This document shows, piece by piece, positions 17,376 through 28,507 of a DNA stretch of 64,000 bases. Position numbers and translations under genes: made by a program. Every line of letters starts with the position of its first letter. The first letter of the stretch is position 1. Below the pieces are notes generated by a model. It worked only from the letters and a program-made list of their open reading frames with translations. It ran no database searches and was not told the DNA's origin. Origin of the DNA: Myxococcaceae bacterium (GTDB lineage: Bacteria; Myxococcota; Myxococcia; Myxococcales; Myxococcaceae); contig JAEUJP010000398.1 of the NCBI GenBank assembly GCA_016793725.1, positions 240 to 64,239 on the forward strand, given 5' to 3'.

Positions 17376-18062
17376 ATGAAGCAGCTCGTGGTGGTGCTGT
17401 TGTTGCTCGCGGCGGCGTGTGGCGGCGGTGGAGTCGGGCCGATTCTGAACGACCCGAAGGTGAAGCAGCTGCTCGAAGGGGCGAAGCGTGAAATCGAAGC
17501 TTCGTCGCTCGATATGAACTTCAAGAAGGCGTACGTCGACGGGTGCACGCGCCCGTGGCTCGACGAGTCGTTGGTCGAGGCGTGGAGCTACGCGAGCACA
17601 CACCCGGGAGCGAAGGGCTACTTCGCTCCGGACATGGAGGGGTTCTGGCGTGAAGTCGACCCGGGAGGCTGCAAGAAGGTGGCGCAAGAAGGCCGGGTGC
17701 CGCTGGACTCGAGCTGCGTGCAGCCGCTGACGTACACCGAGCAGGGCAACGGGCAGATTACGCAGCAGTACGAGACGGACAGCGTGTCGGGGCGCGGCAA
17801 CGTGGCGTGGCTGATTGGGGTGGGCGAAGAGACGGCGCCCGATGCGTCGCGGCTGGCGATGATTGTGCAGACGAACTCGGCGAGCGGCTCAGGCTGCAAG
17901 CAAGAGCTCGTGAACCTGATGAGCTGGGGTGCCGAGGGCAACTGGAAGGTGGGCGGGCAGTACCCGCGGGTGCGGCCGGTCTGGGTGTTCAACGCAATCT
18001 TGAGCTCGACGTGTGAGGCGCCGAAGTGGCAGTGCGTCTACCTGGGCATGTTCAAGCCGTAG
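17376..18062 (+). CDS. Lipoprotein, hypothetical
   Basis: MKQLVVVLLLLAAACGG lipobox, in frame within ORF 17337..18062. Confidence 0.7.
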   Translation: MKQLVVVLLLLAAACGGGGVGPILNDPKVKQLLEGAKREIEASSLDMNFKKAYVDGCTRPWLDESLVEAWSYASTHPGAKGYFAPDMEGFWREVDPGGCKKVAQEGRVPLDSSCVQPLTYTEQGNGQITQQYETDSVSGRGNVAWLIGVGEETAPDASRLAMIVQTNSASGSGCKQELVNLMSWGAEGNWKVGGQYPRVRPVWVFNAILSSTCEAPKWQCVYLGMFKP

Positions 18063-18178
18063 CCGCCCGCTGCGCGCAGGGTGAGCACGGCGAGCGCGAT
18101 GACGTTCTTCACGGCGCGATAGAGGGCGATGGCGGCGAGCACGGCGTACGTCGACGCGGCTCCGGTGCGACCGTTCAT
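18038..18178 (-). CDS. Candidate 46-aa small membrane protein
   Basis: ATG at 18178, reading MNGRTGAASTYAVLAAIALYRAVKNVIALAVLTLRAAGGYGLNMPR*. About 41 of 45 third positions are G/C and there is one hydrophobic helix. Too short for the ORF track. Confidence 0.25.
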   Translation of the reverse strand: MNGRTGAASTYAVLAAIALYRAVKNVIALAVLTLRAAGGYGLNMPR

Positions 18179-18240
18179 CGTGCGCGTGCGTCGCACGATG
18201 GTGGTCGAAGCGAGCGCATCGAGCGGGTAAGAAGCAGTGC

Positions 18241-19871
<1,631 letters not shown>

Positions 19872-19875
<4 letters not shown>

Positions 19876-20888
19876 GAGCGCTGCTCTTCGCACCGCTGCT
19901 GCTGCTGCTGCCGGGCTGCTTCACGGCGCGCTACCTGACGCAGGCCGCGGTGGGGCAGGCGCAGCTGATCGGCAGCGGGCGGCCGCTGTCGAGCGTGGTG
20001 AAGAACCCGAAGACGCCACCGCACGTGCAGCGGCTGCTCGGCCGGGTGCCGGCGATGAAGGCGTTCGGAGAGAAGCGGGGCCTCAAGCCCACCGAAAACT
20101 ACGGGCGCTACAGCGACCTGCACCGCGGCGCGGCGGTGTGGGTGGTGCAGGCGTGCAAGCCGCTGAAGTTCGAGCCGCTGCGCTGGAGCTTCCCCATCGC
20201 GGGCACGGTGCCGTACCTCGGCTTCTTCGACGAGGGCGCGGCGCGCGCGTACGCCGAGACGCTGAAGGCCGGCGAAGAGCTCGACGTCGACGTGCGCGGC
20301 GCGGGCGCGTACTCGACGCTCGGCTGGTTCAAAGACCCGGTGCTGAGCACGATGATTGGCGACGGCCCCGACGCGCTGGGCTGGCTGACCAACACGGTGC
20401 TGCACGAGTCGGTGCACGCGACGCTGTACATCCCGGGCCAGTCGTCGTTCAACGAGAGCCTCGCGTCGTTCGTGGCCGACAAGCTCACGGCCGAGTGGCT
20501 CGCGCAGCCGGGCAACGCGAAGCCGGGCGAGGCGAAGGCGTACTCCGACGCGTTCGCGGCCGGCACGCAGCGGGTCAAGCGGCTGCACCGCGCATACGAA
20601 GAGCTCGATGCGCTCTACGGCTCGAGCGTGAGCGACGACGAGAAGCGCGCGAAGAAGGCCGAGCTGCTCGCCGAGCTGAAGAGCGACCTGAAGACGAAGC
20701 GCAACTTCAACAACGCGGCGCTGGCGGGCTACCGCACGTACGACACGGGCGGGCCGGCGTTCGAGCGGCTGTTGGAGCGCTGCGGCAATGACCTCGGCGA
20801 GCTGATGAAGCGGGTCGGCACACTCGAGGGTTCGAGCTTCCCCGAGCCGCAGATGGAAGACTTCTCGCCCGTCATCGATGGCCTATAG
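19872..20888 (+). CDS. Predicted zinc aminopeptidase lipoprotein (DUF2265-like)
   Basis: ATG overlaps the kinase stop (ATGA). Lipobox LLLLLPGC and HExxH motif (VLHESVHATL). Confidence 0.75.
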
Positions 20889-20899
20889 AGTGCGCCGCC

Positions 20900-21649
20900 A
20901 TGCTCTCACTCATCGTGGCCGTGGCGTTGACCGCACCGTACGAGCTGGCAGACCTGAAGGCGCTCGAGAAGCAGCAGAGCTGGGCCGAGCTCGTGCAGCA
21001 CCTGTCTGACATCGCGCCATCGAAGCGCGACAAAGACTGGGAGGGCCTCGCCGAGCGTGCGGGCGCCGGCTACCTCGGCACGTTCGAGATGAAGAAGCCC
21101 GAGACGGCCGAGGCCCCGATGGATGCCGCCGACGACCTCATCAAGAAGTACCCGTTCTTGAAGCAGTCGAAGGTGTTCATGGGCAAGCGGGCCGAGGTCG
21201 CGGTGAAGGCGTACGGGCTGTCGTTCAGCAACTACCGGCACTCGTCGGGTGAAGACCCGTGGCTCGACGAGCTGCGCGCGATGGCCGAGAGCGACACGGT
21301 GACGCCCGACCTGCCGTACAGGCTGGCGAAAGAGGTGGTGCTGCCGAAGCTGATTGCGGTGACGGCGTTTCCGCTCTTCAAGCTGTCGCTCGACCGGGGC
21401 AGCAAGACGCTCTGCAAAGACGCCGACTTTCACAAGGCGCTGATTGGAGCGCTCGAAGACGGCTCGTGGAAGAGCGAGACCGAGTCGATGTCGGGCAAGT
21501 GCTGGGACGACTTCAAGGGCCCGCTGACGGCCGCGCTGACGGCGCCGAAGGCGAACAACGCGTTTCGCCGCAACGCGTGCCCGCTGCTGGCGTCGAAGAA
21601 CGCGCTGCCGGCGGCGCAGAAAGACGCGTGCGAGAAGGCGAGCCAATGA
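20900..21649 (+). CDS. Hypothetical secreted protein
   Basis: 249-aa ORF with protein-like composition and a hydrophobic N-terminus. Confidence 0.6.
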   Translation: MLSLIVAVALTAPYELADLKALEKQQSWAELVQHLSDIAPSKRDKDWEGLAERAGAGYLGTFEMKKPETAEAPMDAADDLIKKYPFLKQSKVFMGKRAEVAVKAYGLSFSNYRHSSGEDPWLDELRAMAESDTVTPDLPYRLAKEVVLPKLIAVTAFPLFKLSLDRGSKTLCKDADFHKALIGALEDGSWKSETESMSGKCWDDFKGPLTAALTAPKANNAFRRNACPLLASKNALPAAQKDACEKASQ

Positions 21650-22110
21650 TGGAGGCGACCGAATACCCGTTTCACAAGGGCGCACGCACGTCGCTGTATG
21701 TGGCAGCGGGGCTGTGCATTCTGCTGGTGTGTGCGGCGCCGATCGGCGCGTACTTCATCTGGCGGGTGATGAAGGGCAAGGTCATCATCGACTCGCAGAA
21801 GATTCGCGCAGAGGGCATGTTGACCGACGAGATCGTCTTCAGCGACGTCGAGCGCGTCGGGCTCTTGCGCATACCCATGGTCGCGGGCGGCATCGGCGGC
21901 ATGTTGGCGCGCATGAAGCTGAACAACATGGACCACGGCATCAACCTGGTGGCGCGGCTGAACAACGGCAAAGACGTGAAGTTCTTGCTGAACCAGTACG
22001 AGAACCACGAGCAGATCATCGAGCGCGTGAAGCAGGCGCTGCCGACGAAGCAGCTCGAAGAGATTCCGATGGGCATGCTGACGTGGAAGTGGCCCGAGCG
22101 AGCGGCCTGA
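21646..22110 (+). CDS. Hypothetical membrane protein
   Basis: Start MMEATEYPF overlaps the upstream stop (ATGA). TM segment LYVAAGLCILLVCAAPIGAYFIW. Confidence 0.6.
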   Translation: MMEATEYPFHKGARTSLYVAAGLCILLVCAAPIGAYFIWRVMKGKVIIDSQKIRAEGMLTDEIVFSDVERVGLLRIPMVAGGIGGMLARMKLNNMDHGINLVARLNNGKDVKFLLNQYENHEQIIERVKQALPTKQLEEIPMGMLTWKWPERAA

Positions 22111-22271
22111 AAAAGCCACGACGGCGACGCGCGACGCTCGACTACGACGCACGGCTGAAGCGCCGCATGCCGAAGCCGCTGTCTTCGGCAGCACGCGCTG
22201 GCCTCGACGAGGCCAATCGCGGCGTGCGACGGGCCTGAAGCCGCAGTCGCCCTGGGCTACAACCGGGCGCC

Positions 22272-23597
22272 GTGTCGCAGCACTCCCGCACCCAGGCGAG
22301 CCGTTCGACTCCGGCGCTGCCGCGCATCGAGGCCGGTGTGGTGCGCGTGCTCGACGGCGGCGACCGCGGGGCGCAGCGCGAGCTGAAGCCGAAGGCGCCG
22401 GTGGTGGTGGGCAGCGACGCGGGCTGCGACCTGGTGCTGAGAGACCCGAAGGTGTCGCGGCGCCACTGCGAGCTGACGCTGGGCCGGTACGGCTTCGTCG
22501 CGAGAGACCTCGAGAGCCGCAACGGTACCCACTTCGAGGGCTCACGCGTCGGCGAGGTTGCGCTGCCGGCCGGCGCCATTCTGAAGGTGGGCGACACGCA
22601 CCTCGCGCTCGAGACGCGTGACCAGGCGGTGACGCTCGAGCCGAGCGCGCGCGAAGCGTTCGGAGGTCTGGTGGGGCGCAGCGTGGCGATGCGCCGCGCG
22701 TTCACGCTGCTCGAGCGCGCGGCGGCGAGCGACGCCATCGTGCTGCTCACCGGCGAGACGGGCGCGGGCAAAGAGCTCGCGGCGCGCGGTGTTCACGCGG
22801 CCTCGGCTCGCGCGAACGGGCCATTCGAGGTGTTCGACTGCGGCGCGGTGTCGCCGGGGCTGTTGCACGACGCGTTGTTCGGGCACGCGCGCGGTGCGTT
22901 CACGGGTGCGTCGGCCGAGAAGCCGGGCGCGTTCGTGCGCGCGGCCGGCGGCACGCTCTTTCTCGACGAGGTCGCCGAGGTGCCGCTGCCGCTTCAGGGC
23001 GTGCTCTTGCGCGCGCTGGAAGAGCGCGAGGTGCTGCCGCTCGGGGCGGCGGCTCCGGTGGCGGTCGATGTGCGCATCGTGGCGGCGACGCGAAGAGACC
23101 TGGCTGAAGAGGTCGTGGCCGGGCGGTTTCGCGAAGACCTCTACTACCGGCTGAACGTGCTGACGGTGACGCTGCCGCCGCTGCGCGCGCGCAAGGGTGA
23201 CCTCACCCTGCTGGTGCCGGCGCTCTTGCGCGAGCTGGGGCTGCAGGAGCCGGGCGTGGTCGACGGGCCGAACCTGGCGCGGCTCGAGAGCCATCGCTTC
23301 GCCGGCAACGTGCGCGAGCTGCGCAATGTGCTCGAGCGGGCGCTGGTGCGCGGGGCTCGTACGTTTTCGGAGCTGGAGCTGACGCTCGATTCAGCTCCGA
23401 CGGCTGCGAGCGCGGCGCCGGTCGATGAGACCGCGTCGTTCTCGGAGCAGCGGCAGGCGGCGCTCGATGAGTTCGAGCGCGCGTACGTGGTGAAGCTGCT
23501 GGCCGAGCACCAGGGCAACATCAAGGCGGCGTCACGGGCGAGCGGCGTCGAGCGCACGCAGCTGAAGCGCCTGATGCGCAAGCACGGGCTGCGGTGA
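22272..23597 (+). CDS. FHA-domain sigma-54-dependent transcriptional activator
   Basis: FHA region ([25 protein letters not shown]...SRNGTHF). AAA+ motifs [14 protein letters not shown] and FLDEV, then [13 protein letters not shown]. Fis-type HTH at the C-terminus. Confidence 0.9.
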   Translation: MSQHSRTQASRSTPALPRIEAGVVRVLDGGDRGAQRELKPKAPVVVGSDAGCDLVLRDPKVSRRHCELTLGRYGFVARDLESRNGTHFEGSRVGEVALPAGAILKVGDTHLALETRDQAVTLEPSAREAFGGLVGRSVAMRRAFTLLERAAASDAIVLLTGETGAGKELAARGVHAASARANGPFEVFDCGAVSPGLLHDALFGHARGAFTGASAEKPGAFVRAAGGTLFLDEVAEVPLPLQGVLLRALEEREVLPLGAAAPVAVDVRIVAATRRDLAEEVVAGRFREDLYYRLNVLTVTLPPLRARKGDLTLLVPALLRELGLQEPGVVDGPNLARLESHRFAGNVRELRNVLERALVRGARTFSELELTLDSAPTAASAAPVDETASFSEQRQAALDEFERAYVVKLLAEHQGNIKAASRASGVERTQLKRLMRKHGLR

Positions 23598-23607
23598 CCA
23601 GGAGAAA

Positions 23608-23706
23608 CTCCGCTTGCCCTGAGCGAAGTCGAAGGGGGCCGAGAGCTTTAGACGACACCCCTTCGACTCCAGAGCCCTTCGGGCTCCTCCGCTCAGGGCA
23701 GAGCGG
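23608..23706. terminator. Compound stem-loop structure between convergent genes (possible bidirectional terminator or REP)
   Basis: Outer arms ccgcttgccctgagcg / cgctcagggcagagcgg. Inner 11-bp stem agtcgaagggg / ccccttcgact. Extra hairpin gagccc-ttc-gggctc. No clear T-tract. Confidence 0.4.
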
Positions 23707-23714
23707 TCTTCTTC

Positions 23715-24362
23715 TCAGCCCAGCGCCCAGAGCACGATCGCGACGACCAGCGCGGTCGCCGCCGTGCCGACGAGCACCCAGCCGGCGAGCTCCTTCGACC
23801 TGCTCGGCTGCCACTCGGCGCGCAGGCACGCGGGCGCACACGTCGCGCTGAAGCGGTCGAAGTCGCCCTTCGCCGAGACCAGGAGCCCGGTCGCCACGCC
23901 TCCTGATGCCACGCTGAGCGCGGCCACAATCCACGGCAGTGGGCTCAGGCGCTTCGGCTCGGGCTCGACGGTCACCACGGGCGGCGGCGGGGGCGGCGGC
24001 GCCGGCACGGGCTCGAGAACTGCGGGAGCCTCATCGACGGGCTCGGGGGCGGGCTTCGGCTTCTGCCCCTCGGCGCAGCGCTCCATCTCGTCGAGGCGCG
24101 CTTCGACCTTCTTGCGGTTCTTCACCTTCGGGTCGGCGGCGAGGTACCGGCGGTAGAGCTCGGCAGACTCGGCGCAGCGCCCGAGCAGCCGGTTGCCGAG
24201 CGCCAGGTTGTAGAGAAAGCCGGGCAGCGGCGAGAGCGCGTAGGCCTTCTCGAACTGCTCGATGCCCTGCTCGTACTGCTTGCGCTCGAACGCCTCGAGG
24301 CCGCGCGCGTTGAGCGCCTCGACCTCGGGAGCGGCAGCGAGCAGCAAAGCGAGCAACGGCAC
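23715..24362 (-). CDS. TPR-like membrane-anchored protein
   Basis: TPR-like N-terminus (NARGLEAFERKQYEQGIEQFEKAY...LYNLALG), a Pro-rich spacer and two C-terminal TM segments. Lies 13 nt downstream of the kinase gene. Confidence 0.7.
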   Translation of the reverse strand: MPLLALLLAAAPEVEALNARGLEAFERKQYEQGIEQFEKAYALSPLPGFLYNLALGNRLLGRCAESAELYRRYLAADPKVKNRKKVEARLDEMERCAEGQKPKPAPEPVDEAPAVLEPVPAPPPPPPPVVTVEPEPKRLSPLPWIVAALSVASGGVATGLLVSAKGDFDRFSATCAPACLRAEWQPSRSKELAGWVLVGTAATALVVAIVLWALG

Positions 24363-24375
24363 GTTGCGCGTGAGC

Positions 24376-25713
24376 CTACTTCCGCTTGGGGCGCGCGAGC
24401 GGGTTGATCGGCGCGTCGTCGTCGTCGCTGCGCACCGGCCGCCTCGGCGGCGGCGGCGGCTTCAGCGTCGCGGCCACCTCGATGGTGCCGCCCTCGCCCA
24501 CCGTGACGGAGCGCTTGAACGCCTTCACGCCCGGCGCCGTCACGGTGACCTCGTGTGGAGCGCCGGCGGTCAGCTCCACCTGCGCACGCGCGGCGTTCGT
24601 CGCGAGCACGCGGCCATCGACCTCAATCTGGGCGTCGCCGCGGTCGACGGTGACGATGAGCACGCCCGTAGGAGCGGCGGCGGGCGGCGGTGGCGGCGTC
24701 ACCACGACGGGCGGCTCGACGGGCGCGGGCTCAGGTCGCGTCACCAGAAGGGCGCCGCCGCCCGCGGCGAGCAGCAGCGCACCACCTGCGATGGCGAGCA
24801 CGAGGCCACGCCTCGACGGTGGCTTCGAGACCTCGGCGGGCATCGACACCGGCTCGGCCGGCTTCGCGGGCGCCGGCAAGAGGGCCGGCAGATCGGCCGC
24901 GCGGCAGCGGTCACCCACCACCTGCGACAGCGCGCGCGCGAGCACATCGCCATCTTGAAACCGCGCGGCACGGTCACGCGCCAGCGCCTTCAGAATCAGC
25001 GCGTCGAGCTCTTGCGAGCCGCTCGCTGGCGGCGGCACCTCGGCGCGCAGCACCTGGTTCATGGTGTCGAAGTCGGTGGCGCCGCCGAACGGCTGTCGGC
25101 CGGCGACGGCCTCGTAGAGCACGACGCCGAGCGAGTAGAGGTCGGCGCGGTGGTCGACGGTGGTGCCGACGATGACCTCGGGTGCGGCGTAGTGCACCTT
25201 GCCTTGCAGCCCCGAGACGCTCTGCTCGGCCTGCGCGGGCTTCGCGAGGCCGAAGTCGAGCACCTTCACGGCGCCGTCGCGGCACACCATGACGTTCGAC
25301 GGCGAGAGGTCGCGGTGCACGAGGCCGAGCGCGTGTGCGGCGCCCAGCGCGAGGGCGACCTCGCTCGCGATGAACGCGGCCGTGGCCCACGGCAGCCTCC
25401 CGCCGTGGGCGGTGAGCAGGCGGCGCAGGTCGACGCCATCGAGGTACTCCATGGCGAGGAAGAGGCGGTCGCCCTCGGAGTCGAGCTCGAGCACCTGCAC
25501 CACGCCGCGGTGGCGCACGGCGGCGAGCGCGCGGCCTTCACGCAAGAACAGCTCGCGCATTCGGGGGTCGGTGGCGACGTCGCGGCGGATCAGCTTCAGC
25601 GCGACGTCGCGGGCGAAGCCGGTCGTGCTCTCGAGGCGGGCGCGGTACACCTCACCCATGCCGCCCTCGCCGATGCGCTCGACGAGCCTGTACTTGCCCA
25701 CACGTTCGACCAC
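24376..25713 (-). CDS. Ser/Thr protein kinase with TM segment and PEGA-like C-terminus
   Basis: GTG start gives MVERVGKYRLVERIGEGGMGEVY. Motifs HRDLSPSNVMV and DFGLAKP. The upstream 238 codons of ORF 24376..26427 are a shadow of the plus-strand gene. Confidence 0.85.
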   Translation of the reverse strand: MVERVGKYRLVERIGEGGMGEVYRARLESTTGFARDVALKLIRRDVATDPRMRELFLREGRALAAVRHRGVVQVLELDSEGDRLFLAMEYLDGVDLRRLLTAHGGRLPWATAAFIASEVALALGAAHALGLVHRDLSPSNVMVCRDGAVKVLDFGLAKPAQAEQSVSGLQGKVHYAAPEVIVGTTVDHRADLYSLGVVLYEAVAGRQPFGGATDFDTMNQVLRAEVPPPASGSQELDALILKALARDRAARFQDGDVLARALSQVVGDRCRAADLPALLPAPAKPAEPVSMPAEVSKPPSRRGLVLAIAGGALLLAAGGGALLVTRPEPAPVEPPVVVTPPPPPAAAPTGVLIVTVDRGDAQIEVDGRVLATNAARAQVELTAGAPHEVTVTAPGVKAFKRSVTVGEGGTIEVAATLKPPPPPRRPVRSDDDDAPINPLARPKRK

Positions 25714-27115
25714 GCCGCTCGCGACTCTAGTCGTGTTCCTGCTGGCCACCAGCGCGCAGGCGCAGCTCACGAGCGCGGGGCCCGCGGTGTCGCCACCGCC
25801 TGCGGCGGGCACCATGCCGGTGCGGTGGCCCGACGTGGCGTTCGACCCCGACGCAGGCGTGTGGCTCGGCGTGAGCGGCGCCGACAACGTGCAGGGGCAG
25901 TGGTTCACGGCGGCCGGCGCAGTCGAGGGCGCCGCGTTCACGGTCGACGCCGATGCGTTCTTCGCGCAGTGCCCGCGGGTGGCGTTCGGCGGCGGAGCGT
26001 TCTTCGTCACGTGGCACGCGAGCATCAGCATGAGCGCGACGCGCGTGCGCGGGCGGTTGCTTCGCCACGGGCCGCCCGCGCTGACGCAAGACTTCGACGT
26101 CTCGCCCGACGGCACCAACTGGGAGATGGGCGCGGCCGTCGCGGCGGGCTCGGGCGAGTTTCTCGTCGCGTGGCAGAGCAGCGCGACGAAAATCCAGGCG
26201 CAGCGGGTGGGCCCGACCGGCGCGAAGCTCGGCGCGGTCATCGACGTCGACTCGGCCGCGCCGTACGCCCGCGACCCGGCGGTAGCGTACGACCCGGTGA
26301 CCGATACGTTCGTGGTCGCGTACGCGGGGTGTGTGGGCAACGACGACTGCTTCGTGCGGGCGCAGCGGGTGAAGGGCGGCACGGGCGCGCGGGTGGGCAC
26401 CTCGCTCACGCTCGATGAGGGCATCACGGCGGGCTACGTGCCCGAGGTGGCGTACGACGCGGCGAACCGGCGGTGGTTGGCGGTGTGGTACCGGGCGACG
26501 CCGGGGGCGCGGTCGCTCGAGGCGCGCACGATTGCGCCCGACGGCACGCTGGGCACGCGGCGCACGGCGAGCGCGATGTACGCGTCGTACGACGCGAACA
26601 GCGTGGCGTGGAGCCCGGTGTCGGGCACGTTCGTGGTCGTGACGCACGCGACCGACCAGGACGTGGCGGTCGAGCTCGACGCCGAGGGCGCTCCGCTGAA
26701 CGCGCCGGGGCTGTTGTGGGGGCCGACCGGCTCGACCGGCAACTTCAACCCGCGCATCGCGGCCAACGGCAGGGCGCCAGACTTCTTCGGCGTGACGTCG
26801 ACGATGTTCGCGAGCCTGAGCGGGCAGCGGCTCACGACGGGCACGCGCCTGCTCGCGATGTTGCCCGATGCGGGGCCCGATGCGGGCACGGTGAGCGACG
26901 CGGGCGTCGACGCGGGCGCGACGGTCGATGCCGGGGTTCGACCGCAGCCCGATGCGGGCACGATGACGGTGCCGACGATGCCGGGGGCGTCGTGTGGGTG
27001 CAGCTCGGGGCCGGGCGCGTGCCTGCTGCTCGTGCTCGCGCTGCTCAGGCGTGCGAGTGGAGCGGGGACTCGTGAATCGAGCGGAACTGGTGGTGTGTGC
27101 TCTCGAAGAGCGTGA
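25694..27115 (+). CDS. Secreted repeat (beta-propeller-like) protein with MYXO-CTERM-type tail
   Basis: TTG start gives MPTRSTTPLATLVVFLLATSAQAQ (GTG at 25733 is an alternative). Recurrent blades (VAFGGGAFFVTW, GEFLVAWQ, VAYDPVTDTFVVAY, RRWLAVWY, GTFVVVTH). DAG-rich spacer, then GASCGCSSGPGACLLLVLALLRRA. Confidence 0.75.
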   Translation: MPTRSTTPLATLVVFLLATSAQAQLTSAGPAVSPPPAAGTMPVRWPDVAFDPDAGVWLGVSGADNVQGQWFTAAGAVEGAAFTVDADAFFAQCPRVAFGGGAFFVTWHASISMSATRVRGRLLRHGPPALTQDFDVSPDGTNWEMGAAVAAGSGEFLVAWQSSATKIQAQRVGPTGAKLGAVIDVDSAAPYARDPAVAYDPVTDTFVVAYAGCVGNDDCFVRAQRVKGGTGARVGTSLTLDEGITAGYVPEVAYDAANRRWLAVWYRATPGARSLEARTIAPDGTLGTRRTASAMYASYDANSVAWSPVSGTFVVVTHATDQDVAVELDAEGAPLNAPGLLWGPTGSTGNFNPRIAANGRAPDFFGVTSTMFASLSGQRLTTGTRLLAMLPDAGPDAGTVSDAGVDAGATVDAGVRPQPDAGTMTVPTMPGASCGCSSGPGACLLLVLALLRRASGAGTRESSGTGGVCSRRA

Positions 27116-27563
27116 GCTTCGTCACCTGAAAGCCCGGGCCGTCGACGGCGTTCAGCGCTGACAGCGCAGGGGCGAACGCGTCGGAGGTCTGCGCGCGCGC
27201 GAGCGTCACGTGCGGCACGTACGGGCGCCCGCTGTCGCCGTAGAGGTTCGCCGCCTCTCGCTCGAGCGCGTGCAGCTTCTCGAGCTCGCCGCCGACGCCG
27301 AGCCACAACACCGACGCCGCCCGCTCGGTGACGAACGTGCCCGCGCCGTGGAGCTTCAGCGTGAAGGGCTGCGCGCGAGAGGCGAGCACGTCGAGCTTCT
27401 CGGCGAGGCCGTCGGGCTTCGGGTTCCCGAGGAAGACGACGGTCAGGTGGAGCTTCTCGGCCTGCTGCCACTTCGCGTTCACCGTGGGGCTCCACCGCGC
27501 AATGGCGTGTGATGCCGCGGCGCGGGCCTCGGCTCCCAGCTCGATGGCGACGAAGATGCTCAT
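27045..27563 (-). CDS. thpR: RNA 2',3'-cyclic phosphodiesterase (2H phosphoesterase, ThpR/LigT-like)
   Basis: Two HxT motifs (HLTVVFLG and HVTLAR). Start MSIFVAIEL overlaps the LysR-gene stop (ATGA). Confidence 0.8.
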   Translation of the reverse strand: MSIFVAIELGAEARAAASHAIARWSPTVNAKWQQAEKLHLTVVFLGNPKPDGLAEKLDVLASRAQPFTLKLHGAGTFVTERAASVLWLGVGGELEKLHALEREAANLYGDSGRPYVPHVTLARAQTSDAFAPALSALNAVDGPGFQVTKLTLFESTHHQFRSIHESPLHSHA

Positions 27564-28432
27564 CGAGCGCTCCCCAGCTTCTTCACGAGAAAGTCGGCGA
27601 CCGCTCGAATGCGGGCGGCCCGGCGCAGGTCGCGGTGCATGACGAGCCACACCGTGCGGCGCACGACCTTCGCGGGCGGCAGCACCTGTACGAGCTCGGG
27701 GTACGGCGCGGCGAGGTACTCGGGAATGATGGCGAGGCCGCCGCCCGCGCGCGCGGCGCCGAGAAACGCGCGCGAGGTGTTCGTGCGCATGAGTATTCGC
27801 CCCGCCCGAGCGTGCTGCAGGTACCAGGTCACCTCGGGCTCGGGTTGGTACGAGTCGTCGTAGACGATGAAGTCGTGCCCCTCGAACGCGAAGCCGCGCG
27901 GCCGGCCCTTGCGTTCGAGGTACCTCTTCGACGCGTAGAGCCCCGAGCCGACCGTGCCGATCTGCCGCACGATGAGCCCGACCTGCGTCGACGGCGACAT
28001 GCGCACGGCGAGGTCGGCCTCTCGCCGGCTCAGGTTCAGGTTGCGGTTGTCGGCGATCAGCTCGAGCTGAATGCGCGGCTGGGCCTGCAGCAGCTCGACG
28101 AGCAGCGGAGCCACCACCACGGGCCCGTAGATGTCGGGCACCGTCAGCCGCACCGGCCCGGCGACCTCGCTCTCACGGCCGGTGACCTCGCGCTCCATCG
28201 CGAGGGCTTCGCTCTCCATCGCTTCGAAGCGCGGCTGAATCGCGTCGGCCTCTTCGGTGGGCTTCAGGCCCGTCGACGTGCGGTCGAACAGGTGGGCGCC
28301 GAGCGACTTCTCGAGCGCGGTGAGGCGCCGCCCGACCGTCGTCTGCTCGACGTCGAGCGCGCGCGCTGCCGCAGACAGTGAGCCGCCCCGGTAGGCGGCG
28401 AGGAAGACCTTGGCGTCGCTCCACTCGAACAT
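27560..28432 (-). CDS. LysR-family transcriptional regulator
   Basis: N-terminal HTH FLAAYRGGSLSAAARALDVEQTTVGRRLTALEKSLGAHLFDR. 290 aa counted from MFEW. Confidence 0.9.
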   Translation of the reverse strand: MFEWSDAKVFLAAYRGGSLSAAARALDVEQTTVGRRLTALEKSLGAHLFDRTSTGLKPTEEADAIQPRFEAMESEALAMEREVTGRESEVAGPVRLTVPDIYGPVVVAPLLVELLQAQPRIQLELIADNRNLNLSRREADLAVRMSPSTQVGLIVRQIGTVGSGLYASKRYLERKGRPRGFAFEGHDFIVYDDSYQPEPEVTWYLQHARAGRILMRTNTSRAFLGAARAGGGLAIIPEYLAAPYPELVQVLPPAKVVRRTVWLVMHRDLRRAARIRAVADFLVKKLGSAR

Positions 28433-28507
28433 GTGTGCACAATTGCACAGCGCGTATGCGTGCGTCGCCAATGGCGTGGCGTTTTCGCCGACCCTAGTTT
28501 TCCGGGC
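28433..28507. promoter_or_regulatory. Divergent LysR/EamA control region
   Basis: 75-bp gap between divergent starts. It contains gtgcaCAATTGcacag, a partial dyad around a CAATTG palindrome, consistent with a LysR-type T-N11-A site. Confidence 0.35.

Noticed and set aside
22111-22271. Search for sigma-54 (TGGCAC-N5-TTGC) promoters near the FHA activator and upstream of the island genes (for example 47092-47167).
   Set aside because: No match with correct GG/GC spacing was seen by eye. The nearest candidate (ttggaaggaaaagcc at ~47131) has the wrong spacing.
25714-26427. 238-codon N-terminal extension of the kinase ORF 24376..26427.
   Set aside because: Kinase subdomain I (GKYRLVERIGEGGMG) begins right after the GTG at 25713. 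The extension is antisense to the well-supported MYXO-CTERM gene and is low-complexity.
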